This document shows positions 11,089-24,319 of a stretch of DNA of 64,000 bases, one piece after another. How positions within the stretch are numbered: position 1 is the stretch's first letter; every line of letters begins with the position of its first letter. The notes beneath the pieces were generated by a model. That model was not told the origin of the DNA. It saw nothing but the letters and a program-made list of their open reading frames with translations, and made no database searches. Position numbers and translations under genes: made by a program. The stretch comes from Ramazzottius varieornatus (taxonomy: Eukaryota; Animalia; Tardigrada), in the NCBI GenBank assembly GCA_001949185.1, contig BDGG01000002.1, forward strand, positions 7,802,448-7,866,447. The letters are read 5' to 3'.

Positions 11089-14000
11089 TTATGTGACGTC
11101 CATGGCGAAAGGGTTACGGGCTTCCTGCACGCAGTGTGCCAAGCGTTGCTTGTACTCCAGATACATTCGCTCGAACTGCGTCTTTCTGCCCAGCACTGGT
11201 AAGATGCCCACAAGAAGATCCCGCTTCTTCATGTTCTACAAAAGCACGTGGATTGTTGGTACTTCGGTCTACTTCCTCTTTGACGGGTTAAACCAGTAGT
11301 GTCTATTCAAGCACAAAATCAGATAAAGCTACCAGTATTTCCGGTTCCCACAGCACCTCTTCGGCATCTTCCACGTCGCCCGGAGGTCCCAGAAGGGAAT
11401 CCAGCAAGGAAACCAGCTGCAGCATACAGTCTACACAAAGAAATTACCACCGTTAGAGAAGCTTCGACATGACTATGAACTGAATCTCCACATGCAACAA
11501 CGTACTGTTGTCCACAAGAGTTTGGGCGTAGCAATTCAACCAGGCTTGGTACTCTGTAGGCGACTTCAGTACTCGGCAGAGGATCATCTGGTTCTCCATA
11601 TGGTTGAGAGCAATACTGCGAGCAATCTCGGCATTGGCGTTTTTCCCCGCGACATTACCAGATCTGAAAATATCAACCAAAAGCGTCGAATGACTTTTCG
11701 GCCCGATACTCGAACACACTTTACAAGCTCGTTCCACGCAACCCGTACCTGAGTTTCTGAAGACGACTCAAAGGCCCATCGATATCCGGAACAGGCGCAC
11801 TGTGACGAAGGGCGGAAGAAGACAACAGATAATTACCCAGTCGTATGCTTTCATCGTGCGCCACCAACCTGCATACATTAATATCAACATGGTAGAACGT
11901 GTAAAAGGGGATAGTTTGCCGAGACGAAACTTGCATCGTACCATGAGTTGTCAGAGAGATCACAGACAAAGTATCTTTGATCAGAGAGGGCAATCGCAGG
12001 TACATCGGTTGAGGTGAGATCCACTTCGCTGATGGTCAAGCCCAGCGAGCCAGGAGTACGTAGCATCCACTCCACTGAGCCTAGACTACGACGCTTCCAA
12101 GTACCGCGAACATGCTTACTGCGAACAAAGACGAACGATACATCATCCTTTAATTTAACAAGTATCTAGCGGGAAGACCATCCACCATCACAAAAATACA
12201 GATCACCCAACATAACATTCATTTCCGGTACAGCCTAATCTCAGTTATGTCACCTTACTCCATGTCTGCTTCTTCAGTACACAGAATTTTGTGGCTTCTT
12301 ACCTCGTCCACAGGTCGACCTTGCAGTCCGTCGTGACCACCAGCAGCGAGTTCTTGGAGCAAGCCAAGAACGCCGCTGGTGAAGTCAGGCACTGTGTCCG
12401 GCTCAACAGCGTCCCTGACTCGCTGCACCAAATGGACAACGACCGGTCTTCACACACTGCCACCGAGATGACTCTAAAGAAAAGTCAACCTTATCAAGCA
12501 CGGAACACCGAGACAACTTTTCCTTGAACTAAAGACATGGACTTACGAGTCAGCGCAGACTAGCACGACGGGAGACATCAAGTACTGCACCCATCTGGCA
12601 CGGTTCCCAGACAGTAACTGGACTTTGTGGAACTTTTGTACGTGGGATGGACCATTCATCGGCTCGATGTCGTTCTCAGCCAGCAGAACGACACTATTGC
12701 TTCCGGCTACTGCGCTGTGACTTTCCACCTGTAGTTTAGGCATGACCAGCGGAGCCGGAAGTCGACGACTACTGGGAGTGGCTATGTGTCGCCGAGACCC
12801 GTGCGGATCACTGGACCGAGGAGTTTCCGGCAGCCTACTGCTACCTTCATCCACTTTCTGCAAAACACGTAATAAAAGGAAGTTATGCTGTTGGAAGAAC
12901 TCAACTCGACATATGGCAGGCCGGCAAACAGAAATTATAAAATCGATCTCCCAAGTGGCGCATGTTTTCATTATTATTGGCTGGATGCATGCGCCACATG
13001 CGAGAACAATTTTGAACGCTTCGTTTGTCGGCCCTCCATTTGGCACGGCTGTTGTTAACAATGATCACTGTAAAAGTTCGGTTTGATTTTACCGGAAGAT
13101 GGGATGTCTTGCCAAGGACGCCATCCAGCATGTCAATCTTTGCTGGTTTATACTTGGCGAGCTTCCCAGCCGGCAAGGACTTTCGCTGTTTCTTGTTGGG
13201 TGGTATAGGTAGCTCGGTTACTGGTTCGTTGAGGGTCGGGTCTGGTACCGTCAAATGACCGTTCAGCTGAGCACCACCATTCGACTTCGTCTCTTTAGGC
13301 TTAGTCACTTTCCTGCAACAACAAAAGCCTTTGATGATTCGTACAACGGTACAAGAGACCAGTTCGATGTTAGAACCATACTCTGAAGCTTGGATCGAGA
13401 CAACTTCCGCTTCCCTTTGGGTGTCAGACGGCTTGCTTCGATCCTTCATAGCGTCGACCGACCTCACAGCTGCGTCGAGTGGAAGCGGACCACGAGGTCT
13501 AGCCATGACAACATTCGAGATGGCCGAACTTTCATTCTGAGAAGGAACGCCGTCGACGATGCTGCCTTGCGATCGTTCATCCTGCACTGTTAGTGCAGTT
13601 GGTGTCATAGCTGGTTTACTACGTAGAAAAAAACAGCGCTTTACACTAGAATATATATTAGCCCGCTTTGAACACATGCTATTCAAGCATAAGCGTGGAA
13701 GATAATTCAGTAGACATGCATTACTTGATAACTTGAGCAACTTCCGGTATGAAGACAGGAGTGATTCTCCGTCGTCCATTCGCCATGATCTTCTCGACTT
13801 GCTTTACCAAAGGAATCTGAAACAACGGAAAGTAACGTATCGCCACAGAAGACCCGGAAGAGCACATTGTGTTTGACGGGACGTTGCCAGCAGCAGACGT
13901 ACGCCTTCATAAGGAAGCTTGATAGCGTCCTGCGAGTTATCAGACATATTCGTAACGTCGGAGGACTTCTTCCGCCTTTGCGATTCGGCCTCTTGAGCAT

Positions 14001-16041
14001 CGAGAAAGATGGAGGACTCTACGATGTTGTGGGCTGCCGAAAAGGTACTTGCAGCTTCAACGACGGTTTTTCCGTACAGCTTACTGAGCGCCTGGGCCTA
14101 ACATTTAAATAAGAGTGTAAGGAAACCATCTTGACCACGTGTCTCAACCACGGAGAAAATTTTGGTTATTGTATACCTGCTGTTCTTTGGTGATGGCCGT
14201 GCCCGTGATTAGCTTACCGCAATAGATGTAAGCCATCGTCCCATCTGTACTGCAAGCCATGAACGAATAACCATCTGGAAACCTGAAAAAAGAATACGAT
14301 GTTACGCCATCCTATTGGCAAAATCAGTTTGTTTAGCCTTGTTCAAACTAGGGAGTACTGATGATCAATACTATACAGACTTACCACGAGATATCCATAA
14401 TGGGAGCTTTGAAGAGTCCGGTGAAGACATGCGGTCTTCTGTTCTGAAAGCTCTATAAACAGAGAAACGATATAGAGAAAGCGAAAGTATCCATCGAGCT
14501 CAAGATTAACTTTCTTAAAAGTTTCAAGGGATGAAGGCCAAGTTCGGTCTTACCCAGACACTAGCCGTGTGGTCTCGACTTCCGGTGACACAGACACAGT
14601 AAGGTGCATTCTACAAGAAAGACATCAAAATCCAATATCCGTTTCAGCATGATGATATCTTCGTGGGAAAGACACCGGATCCACTTACTTCATTCTTGTT
14701 AATGAACATTCGCGGGTTGAAGCGAACACAGACGACTGGTCGAGTATGTCCAGCTAGGTAATTTGTGGTAGTCCAGCCGTCCTGTGCTCCACGCTCAATG
14801 ATCTGCGCTACTGGTCGTCCTTCATTCGTCGCATGAGCGCTGATAATATTCATTCCATCCGTAGACCAATCCAGCCTTAGTATCTGAGTATTCCCATCAC
14901 CCTAAAAGCCAAAAGATTCAAACTTCAATGCCCATTACAAATGGGACGTCACAAAAGGAAGCGCCCAATATAGTTATATCAAGTGGCGCACGCTTTCATT
15001 GTTCTTGGCTGGACGTGCGCGTCACTTAAGGTTGCAATTTCGTACGTTTCGTATTCTGACCACCCAAAACTAATAACGTCGAAAAATTTAAGAAGGAAAA
15101 CAAAACGTACATACAGCTTCAAAAACTTCCGTGATGGATGTTTGCTGTTTCCAGTCGCTGGTTCTCCATATTCGGAGTGATCCGTCATCGGATTGCGACG
15201 CTAGATACTTCCCGATGGGATCCCACACGACTCCCTTCACCAACCCACTGTGTCCACGAAGAGTCTGTAAAGCTTCGAATCCACTCTGTGCATTCCAGAT
15301 AACCACTGTATTGTCGACACTGCAGGAAGCCAGGTAGGCATCATTTGGGCTCCAGTTAACGCCAAAGACATCCCCGGAATGCTTTCGTAGCGTGTGAACG
15401 CACTTCCAGTTCTCAGAGTCCTTAATCCGCGTCTGCTGCCAAATCATCACGAAACTGTCGTCACCTCCGGAAGCCAGGTACTGCCCTTTATGCGACCATC
15501 GAACGCAGTTTACCACACCTGAAGATAACCTCCTGTTACATTAATCTTAACGGAGACATATCACAGTAATTTACCCGTGTGATTGTCCATCTGACAAATT
15601 ACGCGTAGATCTGCTTTCTCCGCTTTCAGCGCGTTAATATGCCACACCACGATCCTTCCACAATCTTCCCCTGCAACCACGGAACATTGATCATCCTTCT
15701 GTCTGCGCATATGGAAGTTGAACTGAGGAAAGATTTCCTACCCATTCCTCCGGCAGCAAAGCGAGTAGCATCCGGATGGACATCGGTAGTGTAGATGGGA
15801 CTTTCTGCGAAAGAGGATGGTATATAGACATGTGAGGTACTCTTTTTGATCAAAGGAAAGTGTGAGATGGCTACACACTCTTGAAGTTAGCGAACTGGAG
15901 CTTCAACACGAATCCGCTGTCGCTTCGATGAGGCTTGGACGGTGACGGCTTCTCTGCAATATGGTGTCCATTCACGTTGTTGACTAGGGTCTGGAGCTGT
16001 CTTCTCTTTACGTCCAGATCCTCCGGCTGATCGATCGCCAT
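11089..16041 (-). CDS. HIRA: Histone H3.3 chaperone HIRA (WD40 repeats, B-motif, C-terminal Hira domain)
   Basis: SPIYTTDVHPDATRFAAGG; VNCVRWSHKGQYLASGGDD; LRGHSGLVKGVVWDPIGKYLASQSDDGSLRIWRTSDW; LRLDWSTDG; C-terminal LNHMENQM..SPTEYQAWLNCYAQTL. Multi-exon; ATG 16041 is inferred and the TAA stop is at 11091-11089. Confidence 0.93.
12915..13037. repeat. Palindromic element copy 8 (single core), HIRA intron 12858-13092
   Basis: GGCAGGCCGGCAAAC...CCAAGTGGCGCAT-N25-ATGCGCCACATG...GTTTGTCGGCCCTCC. Confidence 0.88.
14943..15065. repeat. Palindromic element copy 9 (single core), HIRA intron
   Basis: GGGACGTCAC...CAAGTGGCGCAC-N25-GCGCGTCACTT...CTGACCACCC. Confidence 0.85.
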
Positions 16042-17107
16042 GATGATTGCTAGCTGGCTAGGGCAGCTGAATTCTGAAGCTCAAGAAGTGAGTGTGGTAG
16101 TGGCTGAAAGATGACTTCGATGAGTTCCGATCGAGGACGAGGAGAAAAAGGTAACGTGACTAGCGTTAGCGCAAGTTGAAGCTGGATCCAATCGACTCCT
16201 CAATCGTCCAACACTAGCATCGCGGTGGCTCCTTCGCGCCTATCCAGAACCTGGAAGCATACACTTAAGAGTCTCAAGATCGAGCTATGAGAGTTTCAAG
16301 AGCAGTTTTGCGGAAGATGCAGAATAGTTCCAAGTTCCAGCTTCATAAACGCCATTCAGCGCCAAAAACAATTTTCCGATAGCGTATTTTCGATGGTGAA
16401 GCCAATCAACCAACAACCAATCGACCATCCTCGACGAAAAGGGGGTTTAGGGGGTACCAAAACCCACTAAAATCACAAAATTTCACTGCTTCGGTGTTCT
16501 CCGAGCGTCGACGTCATGAAAATTTGGCACTTTTTCACGCCAATCTCATGGTGCAGGCGTGTGGACATTGTGACGTCATGGGCGCATAAGTCTGGGCTCG
16601 TAGAACAGTGCGTGGAAACTGGAAACCGTACGAGCTGCGCAAATCGAATCGACTATGTCACTATGCTATCAGCTGTTCCCCTTTTCATTCATTTGAAAGC
16701 TTGATTGATTGGATAAAAGTTGTACCGTCCTTGACTCCTTGGGAAACAACCCTGCAAACTTTGATTTTCGAGGTGAACCATTCCTTGTTCTTCTTTAGAT
16801 ATCCTGCCAAACTCCCTAAATCTCGAAGGAAACGTACGTGATCCTGCAGTAGTTCGCTGTCTAGGCCTCTGGAACGTGGGCAAGATCAGGCGGGTGCGAT
16901 AGTCCGAATACAAAACGCCTTCAGTTGGAACAGATCATCTCGTCACGCAAAGGGTGGTGCACTCGTTGGATTTGTCGGGTACAAGGACTTTACTGCGGGA
17001 AGAGGTATGACTCTGCTGGACTCGAATTCTCATGGATTGAGAAGTATAGCTGCATTTGATACATCATGCGTTGGTTTTGCAGGCTACCGTCTTTCTTACG
17101 AATCACG

Positions 17108-17332
17108 ATGGTGTCTGAGCGAGCAGTATATGCAGCCGTGTGCGGCGGTTTGGGTGCTCTCCTTTTCTACATGTTCAAGTCGGAAAACAACACCGTGAAC
17201 AACCAACGGGACTTCCTTTTTTCCCTAAACAAAGGTACAGAACGTGGGTTGGATCTGACCACGAATGCGCATATCGAACAGGGACCTGATAACAAACCTC
17301 AGCATATTGTGAAGCCTGGGAAGAATTTTTAA
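17108..17332 (+). CDS. Putative 74-aa single-pass membrane microprotein of unknown function
   Basis: ATG shortly after a clean intron (GTATGA 17004 to TTTTGCAG 17082). N-terminal hydrophobic helix AVYAAVCGGLGALLFYMF. Transcribed divergently from HIRA. Confidence 0.5.
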   Translation: MVSERAVYAAVCGGLGALLFYMFKSENNTVNNQRDFLFSLNKGTERGLDLTTNAHIEQGPDNKPQHIVKPGKNF

Positions 17333-18471
17333 ACATTTTTTCAGTTCATTACTGCGTGGTGTTTGTCCTGTAACACATTCAGTTTACTACGCTGCAGTTT
17401 ATGGGTGTTCGAGTGTTGCTATGTTAGTCTTTGGACTGTGAAAAGTTGTACTGGTGCGGGAATTTGAACTCCTGCGGAATTTTGCGACGATGGATATAAG
17501 AGCTTCTCTGCAATAACTGGACTTTTGTGCTCCTTCTCGATAGCTTGCTTGTTCGGTCCGGGTAGCTTCGTTGATGATTAGAATAAGGAAAATTCTGGAA
17601 ATGATTGTCTGTTTAGGAATTACTGGAGAGAAAGTGGGATCGCTGTTGGGAAGTGGTGAAACCTCCTGAAAGACCTTTATCTTCCTGGCACAGCGATGCA
17701 TTCGTCGTTACTTCCGGTGACGTCACCGGAGCACCTGTTATTGATCAACAATCAATCTAAATCAAAAATTGAAAAAGCTGTGAGGGCTGTCATGCAGAAC
17801 GCGTCGCTCGTTGACACTGTAGGGCTGCAGTACCTCGCCGTTTGCAAACAACGGCGTGCCGAAATGCTGACTAATTCAGCAGCCGCCATGGATAGAGGAC
17901 AAACACTCATCAATATTTGCGTGGAAGGTCGGGAATCAAGTCATAAGCTGACTTTTTACGACATGAATTGCAGAAATACTCTCATCCGCATCGCGGAAGA
18001 CAATATTCTCAAAATTCAGAGCTCTAAAATATTTTAAAATGCTTCCCGGTGTTACGGCTTACTCCTGGGGGTCCGACGGAGAGGTTTTTTCAATAGATCT
18101 TATACATTTATTCATTTGGTTGCATGGTCGATGACGTAACCAATTTTTCGCTCCGCCTCGATATTCGCATAACATAATGAATCAACCGCTTGAGCCTGTG
18201 TTCCATTCTCCGGCAAGGCGAGGTACAGCAGCTCATGGGTGTTCGTTGATTGAGATCGACATCGAAAATTCAGGCACTTCCGGATTCCGACGTCTTTATA
18301 GTTCGTGCTTTTCTCGCGTTACGTATTCCATGCTTATCTAATCTTCATGGTTCAAGACAGGATATCGCTGTAGAAACATCGAAAGGGGACGGCTGCACAG
18401 GAAGGATCGCCACAGGCTACGGCTGCATCGTCTCGACAAAAGCCACAACGTGTCCACGATAAAAGTTTCCA

Positions 18472-20240
18472 ATGACAACAACGAGTAAGTGTCTTATCTT
18501 CGTTCCCCAACAAACGCAAACAGAAGTTACAGAAGCCCATTGTTGACGATAAGACTCACCATCGTGTCGACTGCAGATTATCCCGTGGAGAAGAACCCGT
18601 TCGACGATGAGGAGGACGACGACGCTAACAATCCTTTCCGTTCGGACGACGACGACGAGGAAAGCGTCCAGCAGATACAAAAGAGACACGATGTCCATGG
18701 TAGTGATCCGTTTCCGGCAATCGTTCAGCGCGCTTCCGATGAACAAGCTCTGTTCCCCATCACGGGAAGAGCTTCCAGTGTTTCACCCGAACAGGAAACC
18801 AAGCCTTCGTCTGTGAAGCCTTCTCCTCTACCTCGACGCTCGTTAAACGTTTCCTCAGATGGTAACGAAACGTCGTCAAGTGCGTCTTATCGTTCGAGGA
18901 CGTCTCAGACTGACGGTCCGAATGATGGGCAGCCCATTAAGAAAGACTCCGAACGACCCAGTTCAGCCTTTTGCCCCACGCCGTCGCCTAAAGTTAAGCG
19001 GAAAGCGCCTTCAGTGCCAGTCGTCGTTACCTCCAGTCGAACGAGCCTCAATACAAGCCCCTTACCTGCTCCAACAAGTCCTTCTCCAGGAGGAAGAAGT
19101 AAGAAGACCGCACCGTTACCTCCTCCAGCCCGAAGAAGAGTTGATTCTGCAAACGAAAGACGGAAAAGCTCGACGGTAAACAGAAGGCGTAACAAACCGA
19201 TAAGATCGTCTTCACAACTGGCGCATGCTTACATTGTCTCCGGTCGGTAGCGTGCGTCACTAGGTGAAAACGATTCTGTCGAGTTTGTTTGCCTAGATCC
19301 AGACCTTCAGATTGCCTTCAGTTAGAAGAAAAGATTCGAGAAATAACAAACAGATTAACCTTTGTTGTCCGTTCATCATGTGAATGATCTGATCTGGTTT
19401 TCTGTTTCCCCAGGATGCTGAAACGTCGGGAATGGGGGAATCGTTGAGGAACATGAGGATCGGTAGTAACTTTTCTACGTCATCCCTTCATTCAAGAAGG
19501 GACAGTACAGCTTCCTCCTTGTCCATTCCTCGCTCGGATGCTGCGACGCCTGACGATCGAAGCCTAGCGGAACAAGCCAGTGATACCGAAGACCTGGAAC
19601 GGCACTACAACGAGCTCATGGAGAGCCTCAAGACTGAACATCATAACATCGAGTCAGAGCTACGCGACCTGATTGCCATTCCTGCTAAACTGAAAACGAC
19701 CAAACAGGTAAGTGCTGACCGTCGAAAATGGGACCGGGGCAAACCATCTTCAAAGATCGTTTCACCAAGTGGCCTACGTTTCAGGTTGTTGGTTGGATGC
19801 GTGCGCCATTCGGAAAACGATCTTGTCGAGTTTGCCCAAGTGGCGCGCATTCTCAAAGTTGTTGGCTGGAACTTGCGCCACTTGGGATTCGACAAGATCG
19901 CTTTTCCGAGTGGCGCACATTTCCAGTTGATAACACCTATAGTGTGCGCCACTTTTGAAATCAATCTTGTCGGGTCAGTTCTCCAGTAGCTTTGGTCCCG
20001 AATGTTCTACTTGGAAATGCCTTTAGGTTTAGGAAAACTCACGCAGGTTTCTTGCTGCAGGCTGCAAGGGAAGAAAAGCTGGTGAAGGACCTGATGGAAA
20101 ACGTCAGAAAGAGAAACGAACTGGAGGAGGAAACTGACGATCACGAGACGCAGCATACGCTGGGCTTGGAAGGTCCAACAAAGAAGATGAAAAAGAAACG
20201 GCATTTCAGGTTGAAGAAGCTCCTTGGTGTGAAGAAGTAG
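18472..20240 (+). CDS. NPF-motif, Pro/Ser-rich protein with a C-terminal bMERB-like (Rab-binding) coiled coil, MICAL-L/EHBP1-related
   Basis: Approximate exons 18472-18484, 18578-19175, 19414-19707, 20061-20240. Two NPF motifs followed by acidic residues; IESELRDLIAIPAKLKT..REEKLVKDLMENVRKRNEL; polybasic tail. Confidence 0.7.
19183..19300. repeat. Palindromic element copy 10 (single core), bMERB gene intron
   Basis: GATCGTCTTCACAACTGGCGCAT-N25-GTGCGTCACTAGGTGAAAACGAT..GTTTGCC. Confidence 0.82.
19730..19999. repeat. Palindromic element copy 11 (three cores, periods 71 and 70), bMERB gene intron 19708-20060
   Basis: GGGACC...GGTCCC ends; cores at 19768, 19839 and 19909. Confidence 0.88.
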
Positions 20241-20802
20241 ACGTGGTCGTCCTCCCAGACGGTTTTTGTGCTCTTGGTTGTTTCACTTTCTTGTCACTCT
20301 CTGGATGTCTTTGTGTTGTTTCTTATCTTTTATCGTCTGACCGTTGTCTTTCCGGCCACAATATCCTCATTTTAATCTCTGTACCTGGCAAGATTTCTTC
20401 TTTTCCGGTTTTACTTCTCGGTTTGATACAGTATTTTACCGACCGATGTTTTACATTGACTTCCTGGCTATTTTACGAACCATAAGATCGCGCGTTCTCC
20501 TCTGTACTTCCTTCCCTACTCGATCTTCTGATTTCTGGCTTCTACATCAAGGGAATGAAGTTCCTCTATAGATCGTTTTACTGGTTTGAAAATCTGATGT
20601 ATTCCGAGATATTTGAGTCTAAAGGGACTCTTCGAGACGTTACAATCTTCACCAACTCGATTCAGAAGGATGCTGCAAAATCTAGAGAATCGTCGACAAC
20701 AAGAGCTAACACTTGAAAACAAATAACCAGACAACTACCGTTTTTCCTCGGCTGTACAAGATAGAGAATGTGAGATCAACAACAAGGCTTCAGACCAAAT
20801 AG

Positions 20803-21294
20803 TTAAGCTCGTTCTCCTCGGATGCGACGCGCCAGTTGGATGTCTTTGGGCATAATTGTGACTCGCTTAGCGTGGATGGCGCACAAGTTGGTGTCTTCGA
20901 AGAGACCGACCAGGTAGGCTTCAGCAGCTTCCTGCAACAAGAGATCAAGATCAGCGAAACGTTGGAGGAATGAACCGAAGAAACCACTGAACAGGGAACG
21001 GGATTGGTTTACCTGCAAGGCCATAACAGCTGACGACTGGAAGCGCAGATCCGTCTTGAAGTCCTGGGCGATCTCACGGACGAGACGTTGGAAGGGCAGC
21101 TTGCGGATGAGCAGTTCGGTCGACTTTTGATAGCGACGGATCTCACGAAGAGCGACGGTGCCTGGTCGATAACGATGGGGCTTCTTGACACCTCCGGTGG
21201 CGGGAGCGGATTTACGGGCAGCTTTGGTGGCCAACTGCTTGCGAGGAGCCTTGCCTCCGGTCGACTTGCGGGCTGTCTGCTTGGTTCGGGCCAT
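20803..21294 (-). CDS. H3: Histone H3, canonical-type residues (A31, S87-A-V89-M90), one intron (20932-21012)
   Basis: Complete 136-codon H3 from exons 21294-21013 and 20931-20803. Confidence 0.98.
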   Translation of the reverse strand: MARTKQTARKSTGGKAPRKQLATKAARKSAPATGGVKKPHRYRPGTVALREIRRYQKSTELLIRKLPFQRLVREIAQDFKTDLRFQSSAVMALQVNQSRSLFSGFFGSFLQRFADLDLLLQEAAEAYLVGLFEDTNLCAIHAKRVTIMPKDIQLARRIRGERA

Positions 21295-21404
21295 CCTGAC
21301 TCGCGAGTGCGGACTCTGGACGTGAGGACTGTACCTACAGGGAGAGAAAAAGGACTTCGAATGAAGGAGCAATAACTTCAGCGTAGAGAAGTACACAAAT
21401 TGCA

Positions 21405-21892
21405 ACTGATGATGTTCCCTGAAGTTTTGGCAGCTGTTCTTATAGCCTCGAGAGGGAAAGAGAACCGAGAGAAAAGGCTCGAACTGCTCTGATTGGTCTT
21501 ACAGCCCTGAATGAAACGTCCAAGCCCGCCCTCACAAGGCAGACGATTTCAAAACTACCGCTTTCTTTCACTGTTCTTCCCAATTATTCTGTTTTTTAGT
21601 GGGAGTAAAAAGCTAAGCGAGGAAAAAAAATCCGTCTATTTCAGGAGGAAACGACTGAAAATCAAATTTTCCCAGAGTTGAAAAGGAAGGATTCCAGCGG
21701 TTTGTCTGGAACCCAAAGATGCATGAATGGAAAACTAATCACGGTTTCTCTCTCATCGACGTTGAGAGAGAAAACCGCAAAACTCTCTGATTGGCCACAG
21801 TGTTAGCGCACCCTTTCAAGGTACTTGGCCCCGCCTTCGCCTGTTGCCAGTGATATAAATCACGCTGCAAATTTCATCCCTGACATCAGTTT
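21405..21892. promoter_or_regulatory. Bidirectional H3/H4 promoter region
   Basis: TATA-like elements at ~21444 (-) and 21854 (+); CTGATTGG CCAAT boxes at ~21488 and ~21787; GC boxes at ~21524 and ~21829; CATCAGTT initiator-like motifs ~31-37 nt downstream of each TATA. Confidence 0.7.
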
Positions 21893-21975
21893 AAGCTTTC
21901 TAAGTTTTCGAACGCTTTTCGTCGTTTTCATCTAGTAGCTCTTGCAAGTACCTTCGTCGTCAGCCCTCAGCAATC

Positions 21976-22401
<426 letters not shown>

Positions 22402-23420
22402 ATTGTACCCTGAATTTGTTGCTTTGAAGTCATTGAGTAGTCCTTAGTTTCCCTTTTTCCGATGATCTCTGCGTTGCGAAGATTTTGTCCTGTTCGCTGC
22501 TGTACATAGATACTTCTCCATCCGACATCATCTTCGGTTGTTTAACTTTTACAGACTGAGCCTCTCACTCCACTGGACTTTTGCATAAAAAATGAAACTT
22601 GTCTCTCCATCCGTTCCCAAGAAACAAGCAGGGAAAAGACTCTAGAGGCGCTCGAGGGAGAAGAATGAGATTGCTTTACTCGAAGAGTCCGCACTGGCCA
22701 TTTACATTGATAGGGCGCACCTCGATACGGTCTGCCTGCGGAATTTTACGACTTTTTGAACGCAGGTGCACGTCGCCGAACATTGCAGAAATTACCTCGT
22801 TCAGATGGCTCATGACGTAGAAGGTAAGAATTCGCTATGACGTCAAGGGTACTCACCGTTATCTTTGCAGCCACCTAGTTTTCTGAAGTCGTTCCGCAAA
22901 ATTTTACATCCGCCGAAGCTGACTCGAGGTTGCCATCTTTGATAGGCTGTCGTTGGGGAAGCCTGCAGCACTTTTTTGTTCGTGACGTTACATATAAAAT
23001 TCCGGATCTCCATCCATTAATTTATGTCGTTACTGGGCGCGTGACGTAGTGCACTCATTGGTTGAGTACTCCGCGACCGCTCCTGAGTAGCCATCATGTT
23101 GTCGAACTTTACCCTCGAATCTCGTCTTCCTCTGATCAGAAGCTCAGACATTACCTGTCTGTGTTGGATCTTGATAGGTGTCCAAACTTCCGAGCGGGAC
23201 GGAACAGGTGAGTGGCTTTTATGTACCCCAACGAACGTTGAAACTCTGGAAATTCAGCTATTTACAAACCAGAAATTTCGTTCTTCGTAAAATAGATTCG
23301 TAAAGGTGCAGTAGCGAACTACAGCTAACGGCTTGATAAAACAAATGTTTCGAGGGAACGAAATAATCATGTACGAGATCTAGAAGTTCAAAACAAAGTC
23401 TGAGAACAAGGAACAGACGT

Positions 23421-23889
<469 letters not shown>

Positions 23890-23959
23890 GATGCGGCTTG
23901 AAGTTGACGAGACCTAAAAGCGGGAGAATATCACAAAGTACAAGTAAAGCACGGAGAAT

Positions 23960-24230
23960 AACAACTGACTCGGAAGGTGAGGTGCCAGAATCTGCCAGCA
24001 GCGCTTTTTATACGAAACCGAGCAAGGGCGCACAGAGAAATTATCACTTGAGCCAATGGCAACTGCAACGCCCATTTTTTTAACCGCAGTAGGTGCGGTC
24101 TTACGAACACGTTTTGATTGGTTAAACTCTGGCCTAGAGTTGTTGGCCAATGGGAAATTCGAATGGACCGCCTACTGACATCTGGTGGGTATATAAACTG
24201 CTTGCTGGCTTTCAAATTTTCCATCAGTTG
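23960..24230. promoter_or_regulatory. Bidirectional H2B/H2A promoter region
   Basis: TATAAAA at ~24012 (-) and TATAAA at 24192 (+); CCAAT boxes at ~24053, ~24117 (reverse) and ~24147; CATCAGTT at 24222. Confidence 0.7.
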
Positions 24231-24319
24231 TTGCTCCATTCATATCCTGCTCCCCACGTGTGCCAGTGCTAGCCTCGTTTCGTTTTCTTCCAGGTCCTCT
24301 CTTCACCCAACTCTTCATC

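Noticed and set aside
16290-16346. ATG AAG CTG (MKL...) resembling the usual HIRA N-terminus
   Set aside because: Closes after 16 codons; the ATG at 16041 gives an open exon that splices in frame to the first WD repeat
17696-18037. 113-aa ORF on +
   Set aside because: No recognisable motif or splice context; cannot be supported from sequence alone
19730-19999. CRISPR-like appearance of conserved repeats with fixed-length variable spacers
   Set aside because: The repeats are inverted pairs, the spacers share a consensus, arrays have at most 3 units, the context is eukaryotic introns, and there are no cas genes
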